Shown: piece by piece, positions 7,750 through 17,521 of the stretch
Numbering within the stretch: the stretch's first letter is position 1
Layout: each line of letters starts with the position of its first letter
Assembly (NCBI RefSeq): GCF_018336915.1
Contig: NZ_CP064923.1
Coordinates: 715,213 to 739,212, forward strand
Length of the DNA stretch: 24,000 nt
From: Acaryochloris marina S15
GTDB taxonomy: Bacteria > Cyanobacteriota > Cyanobacteriia > Thermosynechococcales > Thermosynechococcaceae
Direction of reading: 5' to 3'
The notes under the pieces: model-generated
The model's input: only the letters and a program-made list of their open reading frames with translations
Told to the model about the DNA's origin: nothing
Databases searched by the model: none
Made by a program: the position numbers and the translations under genes

Positions 7750-7970
7750 TGAGCCAAAACATACTCTGAGAGGGAAAACCTTTCCTAATCAGGGTGGCTT
7801 CCAACTCATTCCTATTCACGAGAACTTTTTACACTGGAATTAATCGTGCACGTCTGTGGAGGCCAGCGATGAAGCAATTCAAAACGGCCAGTTTGTTGAG
7901 TTAACCAGTCCCCTTCTAACCGAGATCAAATCGAAGTGGTTTAGACCCTTTGCCACTCCGACGAGATGTC

Positions 7971-9254
<1,284 letters not shown>

Positions 9255-9377
9255 TTATGTTTCCAACAACCTACAAAATAATCTGGTGTGCTTGACCGTA
9301 TCGTCAAGGCTATAGAATGCATCTGACTGTAACAGCGGCGTTGATGCAACGATTGTCTTCTTTAAGACATACTAGGT

Positions 9378-9385
9378 GCGATCGC
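9378..9385. repeat. HIP1 palindrome GCGATCGC
   Basis: Exact octamer, in the eno-gloA intergenic region. Confidence 0.95.
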
Positions 9386-9448
9386 GTCAGAATGTAACTA
9401 CTGTGATGACCACCGCTCGAATTTACTAACTCTTACATAAATAGTCTT

Positions 9449-9844
9449 ATGAGAATTCTCCATACCATGCTTAGAGTGGCAAACCTTGATGCTTCTCTAG
9501 CATTCTACTGTGATGTCCTGGGCATGAAGCTACTTCGCCGGAAAGATTACCCTAACGGAGAGTTTACCCTGGCCTTTGTGGGGTACGGAGATGAGGCAGA
9601 TAATACGGTGTTGGAACTTACTTATAACTGGGGCGTATCTGAATACACCTTAGGAGATGCCTATGGCCATATTGCCATTGGTGTTGATGACATCTACGGT
9701 GCCTGCAACGAAATCACGACTCGTGGCGGCAGTGTGACTAGAGAACCTGGCCCTATGAAACATGGCTCTACAGTGATTGCCTTTGTAGAGGATCCCGACC
9801 ACTATAAAGTGGAGCTGATTCAACTCAATTCTCGATCTTCTTGA
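9449..9844 (+). CDS. gloA: Lactoylglutathione lyase (glyoxalase I)
   Basis: 131 aa. [47 protein letters not shown] ... LELTYNWG ... [12 protein letters not shown] ... [12 protein letters not shown] matches the short GloA family pattern. Confidence 0.93.
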   Translation: MRILHTMLRVANLDASLAFYCDVLGMKLLRRKDYPNGEFTLAFVGYGDEADNTVLELTYNWGVSEYTLGDAYGHIAIGVDDIYGACNEITTRGGSVTREPGPMKHGSTVIAFVEDPDHYKVELIQLNSRSS

Positions 9845-10352
9845 TGTTCTCGCTTCGATCAGTACATTTGCATAAGGGTTGAATTTTTTGAACGATGGGC
9901 TTTAATATCCTTTCGCAGCTTAGATATCGTCGTTTTCAGTATGCGAAAGTTGCAACCCTAGCGACTTTAAATATCTAATGGCTGGCTCTAAACCTAATGG
10001 GTAGATATCAGATTGGGGAAATGCTTGCTTGATTGCCAGAACTATCTCGATACCTGAGGATTAAGCACTTATCCTGAGACCAGATTTAGTGTGTTTAATT
10101 ACCAGTTAAGCAGAGGAAATTGAAGTATATGCCAATACAGAAATCGACTACGATCCCTTGGCTTGCCCCTCTAAAGTAGAGTATCTTTCGTACATGAAGG
10201 AATGTATACAGTAAAGTTTATTTCAACTGTCAAAAACATTTCCCTCTAAAATAATGCGACGAAAAATTTTTCATCGTATTTGGTGTGAAGCATTACGTTA
10301 TCGTGTTTGGTCTTTTTCTAGATCTAAACGCATGTGAGTGAGGAGTAAAACC

Positions 10353-12119
10353 ATGAAAAAAGTATATCTATTAGCTGGAAGCCTGAGTCTGCTCGGTCTT
10401 TCTGCCCTACCTGCAAAGGCTGTCAGCACCAGCGAACAGCTTCCTGTAGAAGCCCAATCTGTTGAAGTAGCACCTGTTGCTGCGCAAGATGAATTGTTGC
10501 TTGCTGATCAGTCTCTCAGCGAAACAGTTTCTGTTAACGACTTGATGTCCGAGACTAAAGAAGACTCTGTGGGTCAGGTGACTTCAGTTTCTCAGCTATC
10601 TGATGTTCAGCCTGATGACTGGGCTTTCCAAGCGATTCAATCTTTGGTTGAGCGCTATGGTTGCGTCGCCGGTTACCCTAATGGCACATTCCGCCCCAGC
10701 CGAGCCATGTCTCGTCGTGAAGCCGCTGCTTTGGTTAACGCTTGTTTAGATAACCTCAGCAACCGCTTCGCCACTAAAGAAGATTTAGATGCCCTCAAGG
10801 CTCTACAAGATGAATTTGCTGCTGAACTCGCCACCCTTAGAGGGCGTGTTGACGGTTTAGAAGCTCGCGTTGCTACTGTTGAAGCCCAGCAGTTCTCTAC
10901 CACCACCAAACTACAAGGTGAAGTGGTCATGGCTGCCCAGTTTGGCGACTTCGTCAACAACCCAACAGATACTGTTGTTGATCCTGCAAATGGCGTAATC
11001 AACGCAGGCGGACCTGATAGCCGCGTTTCTGCAATTTCCCGAGTACGCTTGAACTTCAACACTAGCTTCTCTGGAGATGACTTATTAGCCACCCAATTAG
11101 AAGTTGGCAATAATGGTCAAGATTTCTTCGGTAACGCTTTGGGTGCTCAAGATCCTGGTCCCGGCTTGGGAACTTTGACAGGTTCTGGTGTACCTCTAGT
11201 TGATTTGGGTGCTGCTGACTATGCAGGTGTAGGTAATACCGTCACATTGCGTCGTTTAGCTTACACCTTCAAGCCCGGCGAAAACTTAGCTGTTACCGTT
11301 GGTACCAACATCTTCCCTAGCGATTTTGTTGACTTCAACAGCTACGCCAACAACTCCGCTCAAGACTTCAGCTCTGGCTTCTTCATCAACAACCCCTTAA
11401 TCATCACCAACGCAGTTGATCTAAACGGTGGTGCGGGTGCAGCCTTTGATTGGAATCCTAATGCTGGTTCAATCAGTGTTCGTGGTGTGTATGTTGCCGC
11501 TGCTGGTAACGTCGCAACTTCTGCCGCCAATGGTGGTTTAGGTGGCGATCCTCACCAAGGAACTGTTGAACTTGAATATGCCAACACCTTTGGTGCAGAC
11601 GATCAAAACAACTTTGCAATTCGTTTGCAAGGTACCTACGCTGAGACTTTCAACATCGAACAGAAAGTTTTAGGTGTCAATGCTGAAGCTTCTTTCGGTA
11701 ATATCGGCGTCTTTGGTCGCTACGGTATCTCCTTTGATCCCAGCAACCAGACCGTGAACCCCAGTGTTGATGTGTTTGGTGCTGCTCCTGCTATTGCACC
11801 CACAATTGGGACCGCAGGTGGTTCTAACACCATTCAGACTTGGATGGCTGGCGTTGGCTATAAGGATGCCCTCGTTCCTGGCTCCTTGTTTGCAGTTGCT
11901 GCTGGTATGCCTTACTTGGTTACCGGTACTCCTGGATCCAATGACCAGATCAACTTGGAAGCCTTCTACCGGTTCCCAGTTAATGACAACATCACCATTA
12001 CTCCTGCTGTGATGTACATCATTAATCCTTTGGGTACTGTCAATGGCCTCTCCGCTGCAGGTGCTGGCAACGATAACGACATCATCCAAGGTTTAATCCG
12101 AGCAACCTTCTCGTTCTAA
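10353..12119 (+). CDS. Outer-membrane porin with N-terminal SLH domain and OprB-type beta-barrel (cyanobacterial porin family)
   Basis: Signal peptide MKKVYLLAGSLSLLGLSALPAKA; SLH motif (DVQPDDWAFQAIQSLVERYGCVAGYPNGTFRPSRAMSRREAAALVNACL); coiled coil (LRGRVDGLEARVATVEAQQF); then a Gly/Asn/Ala-rich beta-strand region ending in aromatic ...RATFSF. I prefer ATG 10353 (GAGGAG at 10339-10344 upstream) over the track's GTG at 10338. Confidence 0.9.
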   Translation: MKKVYLLAGSLSLLGLSALPAKAVSTSEQLPVEAQSVEVAPVAAQDELLLADQSLSETVSVNDLMSETKEDSVGQVTSVSQLSDVQPDDWAFQAIQSLVERYGCVAGYPNGTFRPSRAMSRREAAALVNACLDNLSNRFATKEDLDALKALQDEFAAELATLRGRVDGLEARVATVEAQQFSTTTKLQGEVVMAAQFGDFVNNPTDTVVDPANGVINAGGPDSRVSAISRVRLNFNTSFSGDDLLATQLEVGNNGQDFFGNALGAQDPGPGLGTLTGSGVPLVDLGAADYAGVGNTVTLRRLAYTFKPGENLAVTVGTNIFPSDFVDFNSYANNSAQDFSSGFFINNPLIITNAVDLNGGAGAAFDWNPNAGSISVRGVYVAAAGNVATSAANGGLGGDPHQGTVELEYANTFGADDQNNFAIRLQGTYAETFNIEQKVLGVNAEASFGNIGVFGRYGISFDPSNQTVNPSVDVFGAAPAIAPTIGTAGGSNTIQTWMAGVGYKDALVPGSLFAVAAGMPYLVTGTPGSNDQINLEAFYRFPVNDNITITPAVMYIINPLGTVNGLSAAGAGNDNDIIQGLIRATFSF

Positions 12120-12152
12120 ACCCTTCGTTAGACATAAGCCTTTTCTAGGCTG

Positions 12153-12199
12153 AAATAAGGCAGTGTGTTATGCACACTGCCTTATTTCTTGTCTTTTTA
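12153..12199 (+). terminator. Rho-independent terminator after the porin gene (possibly bidirectional with rlmN)
   Basis: Perfect 15-bp stem AAATAAGGCAGTGTG (12153-12167) / CACACTGCCTTATTT (12173-12187) with a 5-nt loop, followed by T-rich CTTGTCTTTTTA. Confidence 0.7.
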
Positions 12200-12246
12200 T
12201 CTGTGATGAATATAGGGGACTTCTGCGGAGTGTCCTATCTGACCTG

Positions 12247-13302
12247 TTAGCTCGAGGCTTGGTCTATCATTTGCGCTGCCCTTAATTGACCACAGGCAGC
12301 ATCTTTGTCTAAACCGCGGGATCGTCGAATACTGGCCGTAATATGTTGGCTTTGTAAGCTGTTCAGAAACTGTTGAAGTTGCTGTTGGGTTGGGCGTTGA
12401 TAGTCAACTTCAGAGATAGGGTTGTAAGGGATTAAGTTCACATGGCTTTGAAAGCCTCGTAAATGATCGGCTAACTCTAGGGCATGCTCAGTTTGGTCGT
12501 TCACACCTGCTAATACGATGTACTCAAAGGTGACACGGCGCCCGGTCTGGGTAACGTAAGTACGACAATCTTTCAGAAGCTTCTCCAGGGGATAATGCTT
12601 TGCACTTGGAACAAGCTGTGTGCGAACTCTCTGATTGGAAGCATGTAAGCTCACCGCTAAAGTAATCTGAAGCTGTTGCTGACCCAGTTTGAGAATTTGC
12701 TTCGGAATGCCGACGGTGGAAACCGTTAGGGATCGTTGACCAATCCCCACATCTTGATTGAGGGATCGTACGGCTGCGAGCACTTGGTCTAGATTAAGCA
12801 GCGGTTCCCCCATACCCATAAACACAACATTGCCAACCCGCTGTTGAAAATCTTCCTGGACGGTTAAGACTTGATCAACGATTTCATGACAGGCGAGGTT
12901 GCGTTGATATTGACCTTTGCCAGTGGCACAAAAGTCGCAGCCCATAGGACAGCCGACTTGGGAGGAAACACATACTGTTAGGCGTTTTTGGGTGGGGATG
13001 CCAACCGTTTCAATAATCTGTCCATCTGCGAGTTTGAGTAAATACTTAACGGTTCCGTCTTGTGCTGCAGAGCGATGATGAATCTGAGATCGACCCACCG
13101 GTATATCTGCAATTTCAGTCCGCCATTGTTTCGGTAGAACAGTGATTTCGCTGAGGGAGTGTACACCTTTCTGGTAAATCCATTGATGTACTTGTTGACC
13201 TCGGTAGGCTGGCTGCTGATAGGTTTGAGCCCAATCGGTTAACTGCGCTTTAGAAGCACCTAGAAGGGGTGGAATAGATTCTACAGAAAGTTGATCAAGC
13301 AT
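12247..13302 (-). CDS. rlmN: 23S rRNA/tRNA (adenine-C2)-methyltransferase RlmN (radical SAM)
   Basis: 351 aa. Has [11 protein letters not shown], the radical-SAM cluster motif [27 protein letters not shown], and C-terminal DKDAACGQL. Confidence 0.95.
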   Translation of the reverse strand: MLDQLSVESIPPLLGASKAQLTDWAQTYQQPAYRGQQVHQWIYQKGVHSLSEITVLPKQWRTEIADIPVGRSQIHHRSAAQDGTVKYLLKLADGQIIETVGIPTQKRLTVCVSSQVGCPMGCDFCATGKGQYQRNLACHEIVDQVLTVQEDFQQRVGNVVFMGMGEPLLNLDQVLAAVRSLNQDVGIGQRSLTVSTVGIPKQILKLGQQQLQITLAVSLHASNQRVRTQLVPSAKHYPLEKLLKDCRTYVTQTGRRVTFEYIVLAGVNDQTEHALELADHLRGFQSHVNLIPYNPISEVDYQRPTQQQLQQFLNSLQSQHITASIRRSRGLDKDAACGQLRAAQMIDQASS

Positions 13303-13396
13303 GATGGTTATTGAAGGTCTGAGATAAAACGGTGAGAAATGCCCAGTTAGGGTGGCACTAGCAGGAGTTGGAAGAATGGAAAATATAATATAAAGC

Positions 13397-13426
13397 TTGA
13401 TGTGTTACCCTTCAAAAGCTTATACT
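13397..13426 (+). promoter_or_regulatory. Candidate sigma70-type promoter for rpsD (TTGATG-18 nt-TATACT)
   Basis: Hexamers at 13397-13402 and 13421-13426. The predicted leader is about 40 nt, with the SD AGAGGAAG at 13461-13468. An alternative -10 (TATAAT, 13384-13389) has no good -35. This rests on consensus matching only. Confidence 0.3.
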
Positions 13427-13472
13427 GAAAAGTCTGACAAATTTCACGTAATAAAAACTAAGAGGAAGTGAT

Positions 13473-14081
13473 ATGTCGCGATATCGAGGCCCTCGCCTCA
13501 GAGTAGTGCGTCGTTTAGGAGAATTACCGGGTTTATCCCGTAAGACTCCTCGTCGGGCCTATCCCCCTGGGCAACATGGCCAAGCACGCAAGAAGCGTTC
13601 TGAATATGCAACCCAGCTTGAAGAAAAGCAAAAATTACGATTTAATTATGGCCTTTCTGAACGGCAGTTATTGCGTTATGTGCGCAAGGCTCGTCGTGCC
13701 GGAGGTTCTACAGGTCAAACCCTGTTGCAATTGCTGGAAATGCGCTTAGATAACACGATCTTTCGCTTAGGGATGGCACCGACTATTCCTGCGGCTAGAC
13801 AGTTGGTGAATCATGGTCATTTGTTGGTGAATGGCCGGGTGGTTTCGATTGCCAGTTATCAGTGTCGTCCAGGTGATGTCATTCAGGCCCGAGATCGAGA
13901 TGCTTCCCGGAAGTTGATTGAAACCCATATGCAATTCCCAGGCTTAGCCAATATCCCGACTCACCTAGACTTTGATAAAAATACTTTGACCGGTAAAGTC
14001 AATGGCGTCATTGAGCGAGAGTGGATTGCGCTAGAAATTAACGAACTACTTGTGGTGGAATATTACTCGCGGAAAGGCTAA
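13473..14081 (+). CDS. rpsD: 30S ribosomal protein S4
   Basis: 202 aa. [21 protein letters not shown] ... [12 protein letters not shown] ... [50 protein letters not shown] is the canonical S4 sequence. Confidence 0.98.
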   Translation: MSRYRGPRLRVVRRLGELPGLSRKTPRRAYPPGQHGQARKKRSEYATQLEEKQKLRFNYGLSERQLLRYVRKARRAGGSTGQTLLQLLEMRLDNTIFRLGMAPTIPAARQLVNHGHLLVNGRVVSIASYQCRPGDVIQARDRDASRKLIETHMQFPGLANIPTHLDFDKNTLTGKVNGVIEREWIALEINELLVVEYYSRKG

Positions 14082-14130
14082 CTCGCGGCAACCTTCCCAG
14101 TTTTTCTACTGTGGCAATAATTTACGAATT

Positions 14131-14165
14131 AACTCCCAAATCCGTCAGTTTGGGAGTTTTTTTTG
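14131..14165 (+). terminator. Rho-independent terminator of rpsD, overlapping the 3' end of convergent ispD
   Basis: 10-bp stem AACTCCCAAA (14131-14140) / TTTGGGAGTT (14149-14158) with an 8-nt loop, followed by a T run (14157-14164). Confidence 0.7.
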
Positions 14166-14843
14166 TAGGCGTTTTTCAAGGATCAGCTCTGCGATCGCAA
14201 GATCGGCTGGTGTAGTCACTTTTAAGTTGGTCTCTTCTCCCAAAACGATATGGACAGGGAGAGCTAACTTCTCAAACAAAGCTGCATCGTCCGTGACTTC
14301 CCATCCTTGCTGCCGACCTTGTTCATGGCACTGTTTGAGAGGGGCCACTTGAAACCCTTGAGGGGTTTGGGCTGCCCACAATTGGGATCGATCAGGGGTA
14401 TCTAGAATTTGATGCGTAGCATCCACCACTTTAATGGTGTCCTTGACAGGGACAGCGGCAACAAAGCCTTGATATTTTTGGAGGGATTGAGAGCAACGGT
14501 CGAGCAACTCTGGTGTGGCCAGGCAACGGGCACCATCGTGGATGAGCACCTGCTCTGCTTCAGGAGGGAGTGCCTGGAGACCGTTATAGACTGATTCTTG
14601 ACGAGTCTTGCCGCCTTCAATAAATACAGTGGGTTTACTCAACTGCAGGGACTGTAAAAGTTCTGTCCAGGTCGGTTCATCGTCTAATTGACCGACAATG
14701 CCAATCCAGGTAATGGAAGAGGCAGACTCAGCAGCAAGCAGTGTCCAAGCTAACAGGGGCTTACCCAGCAACATCAACCGCAACTTATTGCGATCGCTGC
14801 CCATGCGCCGTCCCATGCCTGCTGCTGGAATTAGTAAATGCAT
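14145..14843 (-). CDS. ispD: 2-C-methyl-D-erythritol 4-phosphate cytidylyltransferase
   Basis: 232 aa. MHLLIPAAGMGRRMGSDRNKL ... VLIHDGARCL ... AVPVKDTIK ... WAAQTPQGF ... TDDAALFE matches IspD motifs. Confidence 0.93.
   Translation of the reverse strand: MHLLIPAAGMGRRMGSDRNKLRLMLLGKPLLAWTLLAAESASSITWIGIVGQLDDEPTWTELLQSLQLSKPTVFIEGGKTRQESVYNGLQALPPEAEQVLIHDGARCLATPELLDRCSQSLQKYQGFVAAVPVKDTIKVVDATHQILDTPDRSQLWAAQTPQGFQVAPLKQCHEQGRQQGWEVTDDAALFEKLALPVHIVLGEETNLKVTTPADLAIAELILEKRLQKKLPN
14191..14198. repeat. HIP1 palindrome GCGATCGC
   Basis: Exact octamer; extended form TGCGATCGCA. Confidence 0.95.
14790..14797. repeat. HIP1 palindrome GCGATCGC
   Basis: Exact octamer. Confidence 0.95.
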
Positions 14844-15004
14844 TGATAACCATAAACTGCCACCGTCCCCTATCCTATCTTGACCTGAGACTGTAATTTA
14901 GAAGACTTATTGAGTTCTAAGGCGGATTGATTACAAGCGTTGAGCATTCCCCTACAATGGGTGGCGGTAAACGTAGACTTCATCCATTACGGCTGTTCTA
15001 AATA

Positions 15005-16039
15005 ATGACCCGCGTATTAGCATTAATTCCTGGCGATGTTGGTCGGCAACTATTGTTCTTCCCAACCTTAGAAACGCTTCACCGCCATTATTCTCAGGTT
15101 GAGATTGATGTCATTGTAGAACCTCGAGCCAAGCAGGCTTTTCGGCTCTGTCGAACGGTTGATAATGTCTTGACCTTTCAGTTTGAGAATCGGAATGGAG
15201 CCGCCGATTGGGGTAATCTAATCGGACAAATGCGTGACCGTCGCTATGATGCCAGCATTACCATCAGTCGCGAGTGGACTGCGGGACTGCTCTGTTGGTT
15301 AGTCGGTATTCCCCAGCGAGTTGGCTATGAAAATCTGGGGCTGCCTGCTTGGGTCCGATTTGCACGGAAACGGTTTCCCACTCTTGGTGGAACCGTGGCC
15401 GATCTATCCGGTGCCTGTTTAACCGCCGCTGTCCCCCCGAATGCCCGTCCTTATGATGCCCAACGCTATCATGACTTGCTGTTGGGGTTAGGGATTGATA
15501 CGCCTTGTCCAGACATCTCGATTCAGATCCCCCTAGACGATCAGAATTGGGCAAAAGCTGAGCAAGAACGATTGGGCATTGCTGGGAAATCTTACATTAC
15601 CCTCCATGGTGGGACTGGAGCTGAGAACTCTGATGATGAACCCTCTCAGTTTTATCCTATTCGGAGTTGGGAATCTGTTATTGGAGGTTACTTAGAACGG
15701 CAACCGGATACGCCTTTAATTGTGGTGCAAACGGCCGAAAATAAAGATTGGGTTGCTTCCCTGGTTGCCGTCTGTCCTCAACTTCAGATTGTGACTCCTC
15801 AGCATGTGGGTCAACTGGCTGCCTTTATCGATGCAGGGCATTTAATGATTTGTGCGGACCGGGCTCCCCTGCATTTAGGTGTTGCCGTCAAAACTCGCCT
15901 GGTTGCCCTATTTGGAACCCTAGAACCCACCCGGCATTTACCGGCAGCCACCCATTTTGCTGGCCTCAAGTCTTTAACGAGCAAAGTAGCAGATATTCCG
16001 CCGATTCAAGTTCTTGAAAAGGTTTGGGAAGTCAGCTAG
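15005..16039 (+). CDS. Glycosyltransferase family 9 (heptosyltransferase-like) protein
   Basis: 344 aa. The N-terminal ...RVLALIPGDVGRQLLFFPTLETL..., the later YITLHGG and the C-terminal ...GHLMICADRAPLHLGVAVKTRLVALFG block are typical of the GT9 fold. Confidence 0.8.
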   Translation: MTRVLALIPGDVGRQLLFFPTLETLHRHYSQVEIDVIVEPRAKQAFRLCRTVDNVLTFQFENRNGAADWGNLIGQMRDRRYDASITISREWTAGLLCWLVGIPQRVGYENLGLPAWVRFARKRFPTLGGTVADLSGACLTAAVPPNARPYDAQRYHDLLLGLGIDTPCPDISIQIPLDDQNWAKAEQERLGIAGKSYITLHGGTGAENSDDEPSQFYPIRSWESVIGGYLERQPDTPLIVVQTAENKDWVASLVAVCPQLQIVTPQHVGQLAAFIDAGHLMICADRAPLHLGVAVKTRLVALFGTLEPTRHLPAATHFAGLKSLTSKVADIPPIQVLEKVWEVS

Positions 16040-16070
16040 ACGCTGCATGAGCACGATTCAATTTTAAAAA

Positions 16071-16157
16071 CGGAGAGGGAGGGATTCGAACCCTCGTTAA
16101 AGTTACCCCTAAACAGCATTTCCAGTGCTGCGCCTTCAACCACTCGGCCACCTCTCC
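16071..16157 (-). tRNA. trnS: tRNA-Ser (anticodon GGA), type II with long variable arm; CCA not encoded
   Basis: The reverse complement is GGAGAGGTGGCCGAGTGGTTGAAGGCGCAGCACTGGAAATGCTGTTTAGGGGTAACTTTAACGAGGGTTCGAATCCCTCCCTCTCCG. It folds with acceptor GGAGAGG/CCTCTCC, anticodon stem CAGCA/TGCTG with loop CTGGAAA, and T arm GAGGG-TTCGAAT-CCCTC. Confidence 0.95.
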
Positions 16158-16223
16158 AGGTGGATTAGTTTTATCCAGTACAAGTAAGCTATGTTAACAG
16201 AATCTGAACCCGGATGAAACGGT

Positions 16224-16589
16224 ATGGAAAAATTTACGATACATATTCGCGATCGCCATAGCGGAAACGACTATTCAGTCTTAGTTCCTGCCAACCATTA
16301 CATCCTTGAGAGTGTAGAGCAACAAGGCCAGCGTTTACCCTTCGCTTGTCGGAATGGAGCTTGTACAACCTGTGCAGTGAGAGTCATCTCTGGTGATATC
16401 TATCAGCCGGAAGCCATGGGGCTGTCTCTAGAACTGCAAAAGCAAGGCTATGCCTTACTATGTGTGAGCTATCCCCAAAGTGATTTAGTGGTAGAAACCC
16501 AGGACGAAGACGAAGTGTATGAACTACAGTTCGGTCAGTATTTTGGTAAAGGTAAGGTCCGTGCTGGCTTGCCCTTAGATGAAGAATAA
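16224..16589 (+). CDS. Plant-type [2Fe-2S] ferredoxin with C-terminal extension (FdC2/Fed2-like)
   Basis: 121 aa. Cluster cysteines are in LPFACRNGACTTCAVRV ... LLCVSYPQSD. The extension ETQDEDEVYELQFGQYFGKGKVRAGLPLDEE is absent from PetF-type ferredoxins and, from memory, resembles the FdC2/Fed2 subclass. Confidence 0.88.
   Translation: MEKFTIHIRDRHSGNDYSVLVPANHYILESVEQQGQRLPFACRNGACTTCAVRVISGDIYQPEAMGLSLELQKQGYALLCVSYPQSDLVVETQDEDEVYELQFGQYFGKGKVRAGLPLDEE
16249..16256. repeat. HIP1 palindrome GCGATCGC
   Basis: Exact octamer. Confidence 0.95.
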
Positions 16590-17426
16590 ATGATGCCGAC
16601 AACCGACTTAAACGTCTATCTAGATATTGCGACTGAAGCAGCTTTAGCAGGTGGTGGTGTCCTACAGCAATTTTGGGGCAAGTTAGAAAATATTCAAGAA
16701 AAGCGACCGGGGGATTTGGTAACAGAGGCTGACCAAGCGGCTGAGAAAGCTGTTTTAGAAGTGATTGGCCGCCATTTTCCAGACCATCAAATCCTTGCAG
16801 AAGAGTCGGGGCAACAAGGAAATCAGGACAGTGATTATTTATGGGCGATCGATCCGTTAGATGGCACCACCAACTATGCCCACCAATATCCATTCGCCGC
16901 GACGTCCATTGCTTTAATTGTTCAGGGTGTTCCCACTGTGGGTGTGGTGTATGATCCCTTCCATCGGGAGTTGTTTCGAGCTGCAACGGGTTTAGGAGCG
17001 ACTCGTAATCGTCAACCCATCCAAGTCTCTCCTACGCAAACCTTGGCTAGTAGCCTATTGGTCACAGGGTTTGCCTATGACCGTCGAGAAACGAATGATA
17101 ATAACTATGCAGAATTTTGCCACTTAACTCATCTCACCCAGGGTGTTCGTCGGGGTGGTTCAGCCTCTATTGATTTGGCCTATGTTGCCTGCGGTCGGTT
17201 AGATGGATATTGGGAACGGGGTTTGTCTCCTTGGGATATTGCAGCGGGTATTGTCCTGGTGCAGGAAGCGGGCGGTACCGTCACTGCCTATGACCAAAGT
17301 CCTCAACAATTAGCCTCAGGGCGTTTACTGGCCACCAATGGTCATATTCACGCTGCCCTCAGTCACGAACTTTTAAAAATTCAACCATTGGATTGGTCTC
17401 CCCCAACAATCCCTGCTTCTAGATAA
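16590..17426 (+). CDS. Inositol monophosphatase (IMPase/SuhB/HisN) family phosphatase
   Basis: 278 aa with LVTEADQAAE, EESG, WAIDPLDGTTNYAH and WDIAAG metal-binding/IMPase signatures. Its ATG directly follows the ferredoxin TAA (TAAATGATG). Confidence 0.9.
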   Translation: MMPTTDLNVYLDIATEAALAGGGVLQQFWGKLENIQEKRPGDLVTEADQAAEKAVLEVIGRHFPDHQILAEESGQQGNQDSDYLWAIDPLDGTTNYAHQYPFAATSIALIVQGVPTVGVVYDPFHRELFRAATGLGATRNRQPIQVSPTQTLASSLLVTGFAYDRRETNDNNYAEFCHLTHLTQGVRRGGSASIDLAYVACGRLDGYWERGLSPWDIAAGIVLVQEAGGTVTAYDQSPQQLASGRLLATNGHIHAALSHELLKIQPLDWSPPTIPASR

Positions 17427-17521
17427 AATTTTCTATGTTGAATTAAGGTGCTGGATTGTCCCGAACCGACTAGACTAGCACTAGGGGATTACCTAACACA
17501 CTCAACTTCGGAAGCACTTAC

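Noticed and set aside
7616-7819. A 67-aa minus-strand ORF whose N-terminus (MNRNELEATLIRKGF...) faintly resembles HicA-type toxins.
   Set aside because: The resemblance covers only ~12 residues and lacks the GSH motif. The remaining two thirds overlap the better-looking small membrane ORF (7534-7749) and are Pro/Ser/Glu-rich. There is no adjacent antitoxin candidate.
10254-10337. A 27-codon upstream ORF (MRRKIFHRIWCEALRYRVWSFSRSKRM) ending 15 nt before the porin ATG, which could be a leader peptide.
   Set aside because: It has no SD and sits in AT-rich sequence where short ORFs arise by chance. Its very basic, Trp-rich composition is unlike known leader peptides. It is mentioned only in case Ribo-seq shows otherwise.
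10338-10352. The GTG start at 10338 for the porin (track ORF) and the TTG start at 18470 for hisZ.
   Set aside because: Downstream ATGs (10353, 18479) give canonical N-termini: MKKVYLL..., a signal peptide preceded by GAGGAG, and [13 protein letters not shown]..., typical of HisZ. The longer forms add only 3-5 residues.
16384-16986. A 200-aa minus-strand ORF, plus many other 60-146-aa track ORFs lying antisense or out of frame inside strongly supported genes. Examples: 438-695, 1447-1656, 3709-3906, 4614-4856, 5707-6147, 5819-6058, 8257-8442, 9118-9315, 10673-11110, 11670-12089, 11764-12012, 12978-13166, 14050-14352, 14402-14620, 14409-14594, 14698-14883, 15264-15554, 15748-16017, 18265-18480, 19434-19682, 19463-19657, 20052-20336, 20377-20601, 20616-20828, 20626-20949, 21028-21240, 21068-21250, 21740-21952, 22002-22382, 22013-22243.
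   Set aside because: Each overlaps a gene with unambiguous family motifs on the other strand or frame. Their translations are Arg/Ser/Cys/Pro/Trp-rich or low-complexity with no recognisable motifs. These are typical shadow ORFs.
17427-17521. Three close copies of ACTAG (GACTAGACTAGCACTAGG) in the IMPase/J-protein spacer.
   Set aside because: They are too short and simple to distinguish from chance, and there is no associated structure or known motif.
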